Shown here: piece by piece, positions 58,409-64,000 of the stretch | Numbering within the stretch: position 1 is the first letter of the stretch | Layout of the letters: each line of letters starts with the position of its first letter | Virus record (IMG/VR): IMGVR_UViG_3300046671_000011 | Location: 1-64,000 of that record | Source: a virus | Taxonomy: Duplodnaviria > Caudoviricetes | Strand: one strand, 5' to 3' | DNA: 64,000 nt | Translations under genes and position numbers: made by a program | Notes under the pieces: generated by a model | Told to the model about the DNA's origin: nothing | What the model saw: only the letters and a program-made list of their open reading frames with translations | The model's database searches: none

Positions 58409-60235
58409 ATGACAATGACAGTTATCGCACAGGGCGGACAATTCTGGTACGCCCTACAATATGGAAAATATGAGGATGGCTATACTCAGGGACTCCCCGC
58501 AAAAGGAGCAGTTACCTTTATCGCCAATCCCGCAGTCTCAGATACTCTGGCGATTGATGGTATTACCTATACCTTCAAAGCGTCTCTTACTACAGCAAAT
58601 GATGTTAAGATTGGTGTCGATTTAGACACAACCTTAGCTAACCTGTATGCGGCCTTGAATGGTACTGTCCTTTCAGGAGCGTACTTCGCTGCGACAGTTC
58701 CTCAAAAGAAAGTTATTTGCGATGTGGGTACGCATACACTCTTTCTGACATCTTTGATCCCAGGCACAGCAGGTAACTCGATTACTCTGACTCAGGGCGG
58801 ATCAGGTGTCGCAGGTCGCTTTACGCTTTCAGCTTCTACCTTACTTGGTGGAACTAAGGGTGGTAATGCCGTCGCGGGGGTCGGGTCAGTTGCAATCGCT
58901 ATTCAGCCGATTGCCGATGATACTCTGGTAATTGGTGTTACTACTTATACCTGGAAAGCAAGCGCGTCTCTCTCGACAGAAATTACAATCGGTGCAAATC
59001 GACAAACTTCTATCACTAATCTTCTTGCTAAACTAGCTTCTAACGCTGCTATCAAGAATCCTTTAGTGAATGTCGAAGGTGGCAGTGTCGCGTTCTTTAA
59101 GGGTGCTACGCCAGGAGTCGCCAGCAACTCTACCGTGACAACTACAACTACCTCGGCAGGTGTGGCCTTAGCAGGCACGACACTACTTGGTGGTCAGGAT
59201 GCGTTTACCTATGTGCGCTCAAACTTCACATGGAAGCGGCATCGCGCTCGTGAGCTTGATTATGATGCAAGCCAAATGCAGCAGGTCTTCCCCTTAGAAC
59301 TTGGAAGTACAATCGTCCCTACAGGTGCGTATAAGTCTGGTGTCGCTCTCTCCGGTGGCGTCACGCTTTTACCACGTCTAGAGGATGACTTTGGAGTTCT
59401 ATTACTTGCGTCGTTAGGTAAGTCTTCATCAAGTTCTTCAGGTGGAGTCGGTACTCACATCTTCACCTTCCTGACGAATGAAAGCGAAACCCCCTGGTTA
59501 GCCATTCGAAAGATGATCCCAGGTCGGGATAATGTAGATCCGCTTGGTATGGTTGGCTTTGATAATAAGGTAGCAGCTTTAAGACTTACAATGCCGCCTG
59601 CTGCGCCTATCGAGGCAAGATTAGAATTTATCGGGCGCGTGCCTGAACTTGATAATCACCCTGATGTTTGGGAAGGAGAAGCCTTTGAGGACTTCAAGAG
59701 TACGCCCCTTGCGTGTAAGGGACACTTCACAATACCCACTATCTTTGAGAAGCAATTACCAACTACTCAGGTGGTGGTTGAACTCCAGAATGGTGTCACG
59801 ACTCCGCGCGAGGAAATGATTATCGGCTCCTACTTCATGGACGATATTGTCATGCGTACCCGTGCGCTGATGTTGAGGTTTGTGTTCAAATGGAATAACC
59901 CTGAACTCTATCAACGTACCTTTGCAGCTAAAAAGGGTGGAAAAACTTGGTCGCCAGAACCCTTCATTACATCAACCGATCTTGATGGTAATTTTGCCTT
60001 TGACATCCTTATGGAATCACCATTTAATATTCCCGGCACGACAACGCCGTATTCTCTCCGAATTCGCGCGAACTCTTGCTATTGGGAACCACAGGGTAAT
60101 ATGCAGCTTCAAGCAGGTGGAATTGTCATGCAGCAATATATGGCAACGGTACTCGCTCCAGCCGCAAATGCTTACTGCGAATTCATCCTCGTCAATGGAA
60201 ATACATCGGGTTACTCAGTACCAGCAGAACCCTAA
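58409..60235 (+). CDS. major tail tube protein with inserted duplicated beta-domain
   Basis: Two copies of a domain (FIANPAVSDTLAIDGITYTFK / IAIQPIADDTLVIGVTTYTWK) followed by a tail-tube-like C-terminus. Confidence 0.75.
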   Translation: MTMTVIAQGGQFWYALQYGKYEDGYTQGLPAKGAVTFIANPAVSDTLAIDGITYTFKASLTTANDVKIGVDLDTTLANLYAALNGTVLSGAYFAATVPQKKVICDVGTHTLFLTSLIPGTAGNSITLTQGGSGVAGRFTLSASTLLGGTKGGNAVAGVGSVAIAIQPIADDTLVIGVTTYTWKASASLSTEITIGANRQTSITNLLAKLASNAAIKNPLVNVEGGSVAFFKGATPGVASNSTVTTTTTSAGVALAGTTLLGGQDAFTYVRSNFTWKRHRARELDYDASQMQQVFPLELGSTIVPTGAYKSGVALSGGVTLLPRLEDDFGVLLLASLGKSSSSSSGGVGTHIFTFLTNESETPWLAIRKMIPGRDNVDPLGMVGFDNKVAALRLTMPPAAPIEARLEFIGRVPELDNHPDVWEGEAFEDFKSTPLACKGHFTIPTIFEKQLPTTQVVVELQNGVTTPREEMIIGSYFMDDIVMRTRALMLRFVFKWNNPELYQRTFAAKKGGKTWSPEPFITSTDLDGNFAFDILMESPFNIPGTTTPYSLRIRANSCYWEPQGNMQLQAGGIVMQQYMATVLAPAANAYCEFILVNGNTSGYSVPAEP

Positions 60236-60292
60236 TTTTCACTGAAACTCAAATACCGTCCTACGTGGTTTGACGGTTATCAAGTAATATCT

Positions 60293-60326
60293 TAGGGTAG
60301 AGGCGCAATCTCTACCCTATTTTTTT
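60293..60326 (+). terminator. intrinsic terminator after tail tube gene
   Basis: TAGGGTAGAG-GCGCAAT-CTCTACCCTA followed by a T-run. Confidence 0.85.
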
Positions 60327-60337
60327 ATGGAGTTTCA

Positions 60338-60805
60338 ATGGCAGTAATTCTTAAAATCCCACTTCAGCAGAAGGTTTTCTTAAACCTTCCTACCGACATC
60401 GATCCTGATCAGGATACCTATGTCGAAGTTCGTCAAGCTACTCAGCGCGAAGTTGAAAAGCGTGCAGACTTGACGGCTGATGCCTCTCGTATTTTTCGTG
60501 ATGGTTCTCAAGAAGTAGAAGTTCGTCAGCGTTGGTCTGTCGAGGAACAAAAGCGCCTTGAGGTTTGGCTTACCCTAGCAGGTTCTAATCTGGTGACTGA
60601 AGACTCTGATCATCCAGAAGGTCAGCGCCCACTTTTCCGGTTTCAGAAGATTAAAAACTCTTATATGTTAGCAATGACTGAAGAGCAATTTAAGGAAGCT
60701 TGGGGAAGTTTGCCCGAAGTTGTGGCGACATCTATTCACGCTGCGGTTCTTAAAGTTAATCCGCAGTGGAACCCAAACTACAAAGCTCCCTCGACAGTCA
60801 GCTAG
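60338..60805 (+). CDS. tail assembly chaperone (gpG-like)
   Basis: Follows tail tube; RBS GGAG; ends just after a slippery heptamer. Confidence 0.75.
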   Translation: MAVILKIPLQQKVFLNLPTDIDPDQDTYVEVRQATQREVEKRADLTADASRIFRDGSQEVEVRQRWSVEEQKRLEVWLTLAGSNLVTEDSDHPEGQRPLFRFQKIKNSYMLAMTEEQFKEAWGSLPEVVATSIHAAVLKVNPQWNPNYKAPSTVS

Positions 60806-61143
60806 AGGAACTAGAGTCGGAAATATGGGGGTACTTGTCCTATTGGACAGACTTCCATAACGCTGATGATGCTACAAAGATATTACTAGGTAATGATGAG
60901 AATAAGCCAGAGATCCCTTATTACTTCCTTATCTATAGAAAACTCAAGAAATATGGAGGGACATTACCTTTTTTATGGGAAGGTGGCTATATGGATCAGC
61001 CTTATCTAGCTACTATCTGTATAGAAAGGTGTATATCAGTCGAACAGGATTATGAGTATAGTCTAAAAGCGAAGGCAAATGAAGTTAACCAGAAACCAGA
61101 ATCAAACAATCCGTCACCTACAGACCCTCGGAATTTCGAATAG
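60772..61143 (+). CDS. tail assembly chaperone -1 frame extension (gpT-like)
   Basis: Overlapping -1 frame ORF entered at C CCA AAC (60772-60778); LPF..GGYMDQP motif typical of gpT. Confidence 0.7.
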   Translation, partial: PKLQSSLDSQLEELESEIWGYLSYWTDFHNADDATKILLGNDENKPEIPYYFLIYRKLKKYGGTLPFLWEGGYMDQPYLATICIERCISVEQDYEYSLKAKANEVNQKPESNNPSPTDPRNFE

Positions 61144-64000
61144 TAATATCCAGAAAGTTTTGGATACCTTCCCCGAATCTATCGAGCAAGGTCAGATCGC
61201 GTCCGGTCTTGATTGGCTCTCATCTGAAAAGCTAGACCCGCAATCTCGCGTCTCTATTAAGGCCGATATTGTTGAGTCTACTATTGGTCAGGTTAACTCT
61301 CTTATTAAAGAAGGTCTCATTCATCCGGCTCGTGCAAAGGAATGGGACTTTCGCTGGTCAACCTCAACGCCGTTTGCTGATCGATCTCTCTATGAGGCTA
61401 TCTCTTATATTAAAGATGTTAATGCTGATCGAGGAAGGGCGTTAGCCCGTTTTCGATCAATCGAAAATCAACTTCAGGACTTAGAGACCCTAAAAGCTAA
61501 GGTTCTTAATCCTGTCTTTGAACGTCAAGCTCACTTAGGACTGGATATCTCTACTACTCCTGCTTTCTATGGCGATGTCCCTTATCTTAAGGTTGGTAAC
61601 TGGTTGGCTACCGAGCAGGAACTTGAGGATATCTCTACTTCTGATAGGAAAGCCTATCGTTGGACGACTACAATTCGGGCAATTTCTCAAGGCGACAAAG
61701 TTCAGGGCTTAATCGGCAACTTCCCTATCTATCAGGCAATGCCGATAGATATGTCTACCGGGAAACTTTCCCCTCGAAAGGATATTCCCGATTTCCATGA
61801 ACTCCAGCAGCAAACACTTGAACACCTATTTAGTCAGGGTCAAAACCCCTGGTCTGTAATCAAGAAAGAACGTACTCTAGGAGCTATGGCTTCTGGTGGT
61901 GGAGAAGCTGACATCGGGGATATTATCGCGCCTTATGCGACGATGGGTGCTCCCTTTATTGACTATACAATGGGAACTATGCGGATACCTGGTTGGTATC
62001 GGATAGTGCCTGGTCTTGAGCGTACAAACGTCCAGGAGTATACAGGAAAAGATCAGCGCGTTCTTAAACTCAAAAGACTACATGATGACGAAGGTAATGC
62101 AATTGTTAAATGGGCAGGAGACGCGACGGCGCTGGCAGGCGATTGGGCAAACACCAGGAATAATGGAGCTACGGTTTTCCATGATCTGAGTGCTCGAATG
62201 CTAGGTAGATTTGTTGCCCAAGATGAGAATGGAGAGGATTATGTCTATAACGTTCTTGGTAACTCTGCCAAGCAGATAAAGAAAGATCGTATAGAGCAGC
62301 GTCCTACTGTTCAACTTGGATACCGTGATGAGATGGGTATCTTTCAGGCAATACCTTTCGAGAGTAAAAGCCGTTTTGGGTTCCCTATTATTGGTGCTCC
62401 CTTGACTGTAGCTGTCTCGGTAACAGGCGGATTAATTCCTGAAGGTCAGGCTTATGCACATCCGTCACTAGAAGCCTTTGATGAAGCCAATTTTCGCTTA
62501 AAGATCTCTAGTGATGAGACTGGCTTTAAGATGACCACAGAGACTCAGAACGCGCTTAATGCCTCGATAGGCCAAACCTTTAAGCGTGGACAAGAGTTAA
62601 TGATTAATGGTGTCCCTTTGAAGGTTACTAAGAACTTTCGAGAGGGAAAGATTAAGGGCTGGAATATCCTTCATGAAGGTGATGAGTCTGGTGAAGGTGG
62701 TGCTGACTATCTGGTTGTTCATACGGAAGTTCGAGGCGCACCCTATGCACTCGACAGCAATGCCGCCAAGATTAATATAGCTAAGAGTAATCTTGTTAAG
62801 CGCTATGGTGCTGATATCGTCGCAGGTGGGATGACTGCCTGGAATCAACAGATGGAAGTCTCTCTCGGTATCATGTCCGATGAGAACTATAACCGTTTGC
62901 TGGAGAAAGCCCTTTTTCGTCGTCAACGAGAAGGTATGGATACCAGCCATATTTGGGATCGTATGCAGGCTAAGAATGAGGAAAGTCTCTGGAATAAGGA
63001 AAATCTTGGCATCCATCAAGAAATGTTCAGGGAACACCTTCTCGAAAGTACCTTCTTTAAGAAGTTCTCTACTATAGTTAACTACTCTACATTAGGTGTC
63101 TTCCAGAGTAGGAACGAGAATATCCAGGATGAAGTTGCCCGACATTTTGGCTATGCTGATCGATCACAATTACCACCTATGGCCCAACTACTTGGGTTTA
63201 ATGATCAGTCAGAACTTCCTCAGTTTATAGATAAAGTTGAGTCTATTGGTCAGGGTCTATATAAGATTACCGGGAACGAGATGTTCTTCCGATTCGAGAC
63301 CCGCTATCGTCCTACATTACTACCGTCGAGAGAACAAACTAAGTTCAATACCGAAGCTCTTACCGGATATGGTATTAGAGTAGAGGATGACTTAGGGTTT
63401 AATAAGACTAGTCGAGCGGTCACTGATATTATCAATATGTCAGGTCGGGCTGATCGCAATGCTGCCGCTCAGCTTGTTCGGGCTGTTGGTCTCAATCGCG
63501 GCTTAAAGGTTGATAAGGCTGATGAGTATCTAGAGTTTAACAAGAATACGGTTACGCCTGCTATTTATGCAGAGTATCAGGCACTCTCAGGGACTCTTGC
63601 GAAGAAGCTAGAGAACAATGAGATTACCGAGTATGAACTCACACAGGCCAAGTTAGCTTATTTGAAGACAGCTTTCGATCCGTCGAAATCTATCCAGATG
63701 GGGAACGATCACCGTGCGTTCTTTTCTCCCTCGATAGATTGGATAAGTAAGAAATCCTCTCCTAACTTCTCAGGTCAGGAAACTTCTAATCTGGTTAATA
63801 AGGCTTTAGGAGCTTTCGAGAGTTTAATTACTGAGAGTCAGGCGGATATCCGCAACGTCGCCACTCCACAGGTAAAAAGCCTTATACGCTCACTCGATCA
63901 GGAATTTGAGTCTCCAGGTATTAAGCAGAAGTTTATGAGTGGCAATGATAAAGCTGCCCGAAACTACCCTGTTGTTGGTGACTATGCATTAGCGCCTAAC
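61079..64000 (+). CDS. giant virion protein at tape-measure position (>970 aa, runs off window)
   Basis: Open frame from ATG 61079 (MKLTRNQ...) to the window end (...DYALAPN); absent from the track because it has no stop; N-terminal part looks globular rather than TMP-like. Confidence 0.75.
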   Translation, partial: MKLTRNQNQTIRHLQTLGISNSNIQKVLDTFPESIEQGQIASGLDWLSSEKLDPQSRVSIKADIVESTIGQVNSLIKEGLIHPARAKEWDFRWSTSTPFADRSLYEAISYIKDVNADRGRALARFRSIENQLQDLETLKAKVLNPVFERQAHLGLDISTTPAFYGDVPYLKVGNWLATEQELEDISTSDRKAYRWTTTIRAISQGDKVQGLIGNFPIYQAMPIDMSTGKLSPRKDIPDFHELQQQTLEHLFSQGQNPWSVIKKERTLGAMASGGGEADIGDIIAPYATMGAPFIDYTMGTMRIPGWYRIVPGLERTNVQEYTGKDQRVLKLKRLHDDEGNAIVKWAGDATALAGDWANTRNNGATVFHDLSARMLGRFVAQDENGEDYVYNVLGNSAKQIKKDRIEQRPTVQLGYRDEMGIFQAIPFESKSRFGFPIIGAPLTVAVSVTGGLIPEGQAYAHPSLEAFDEANFRLKISSDETGFKMTTETQNALNASIGQTFKRGQELMINGVPLKVTKNFREGKIKGWNILHEGDESGEGGADYLVVHTEVRGAPYALDSNAAKINIAKSNLVKRYGADIVAGGMTAWNQQMEVSLGIMSDENYNRLLEKALFRRQREGMDTSHIWDRMQAKNEESLWNKENLGIHQEMFREHLLESTFFKKFSTIVNYSTLGVFQSRNENIQDEVARHFGYADRSQLPPMAQLLGFNDQSELPQFIDKVESIGQGLYKITGNEMFFRFETRYRPTLLPSREQTKFNTEALTGYGIRVEDDLGFNKTSRAVTDIINMSGRADRNAAAQLVRAVGLNRGLKVDKADEYLEFNKNTVTPAIYAEYQALSGTLAKKLENNEITEYELTQAKLAYLKTAFDPSKSIQMGNDHRAFFSPSIDWISKKSSPNFSGQETSNLVNKALGAFESLITESQADIRNVATPQVKSLIRSLDQEFESPGIKQKFMSGNDKAARNYPVVGDYALAPN

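Larger units (their letters stand above)
1246..63687. repeat. Dispersed 14-bp quasi-palindrome TTCGAYNGATCGAA (at least 31 copies)
   Basis: Copies start at 1246, 4230, 7693, 10555, 15032, 16541, 17795, 18481, 18964, 20939, 24301, 26773, 27940, 29455, 31073, 32792, 32824, 34354, 37781, 39917, 41501, 43093, 44929, 46966, 48906, 49489, 52928, 53840, 58366, 61452, 63674. Confidence 0.95.

Noticed and set aside
1-64000. Integrase, transposase, intein or homing-endonuclease-bearing intron
   Set aside because: No recognisable motifs; NrdJ, DnaB, TerL and RecA are of uninterrupted size.

Overview
Internal 64-kb segment of a large tailed dsDNA bacteriophage (siphovirus-like, roughly 42% GC by eye; host not determinable). 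1-50453 is almost all minus strand. It carries a ParM-like actin (cut by the window edge) with 11-bp iterons, an MT-A70 methylase, RecA, a Sak4-like ATPase, DnaB helicase, primase, RecU- and Cas4-like nucleases, Ro60/TROVE, class II RNR, an Rnl2-type RNA ligase, ThyX, Dcd, two SSBs, an L7/L12-domain protein, a single-subunit two-barrel RNA polymerase, RNase H, a PcfJ-like protein and many small hypothetical genes. 50704-64000 is the plus-strand virion module: TerL, portal, scaffold, capsid, connectors, tail tube, frameshifted tail chaperones and a giant ORF at the tape-measure position that runs off the window. Eight intact tRNAs and several tRNA-like RNAs are present. Best candidate system: a promoter-driven tandem array of four homologous Y-RNA-like genes (25580-26095). 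One is a clean YrlA-type circularly permuted tRNA mimic. The array lies about 11 kb from the phage Ro60 gene, with an RNA ligase and tRNAs in between, which suggests a phage Ro60-Y RNA-ligase RNA surveillance/repair module. Other strong unexplained signals are a 14-bp motif TTCGAYNGATCGAA seen at least 31 times, a strongly enriched CTRTCGAG octamer, a second iteron cluster 46 kb from parM, and an ~800-nt structured non-coding region. All calls come from motif reading and manual folding; no database searches were run.
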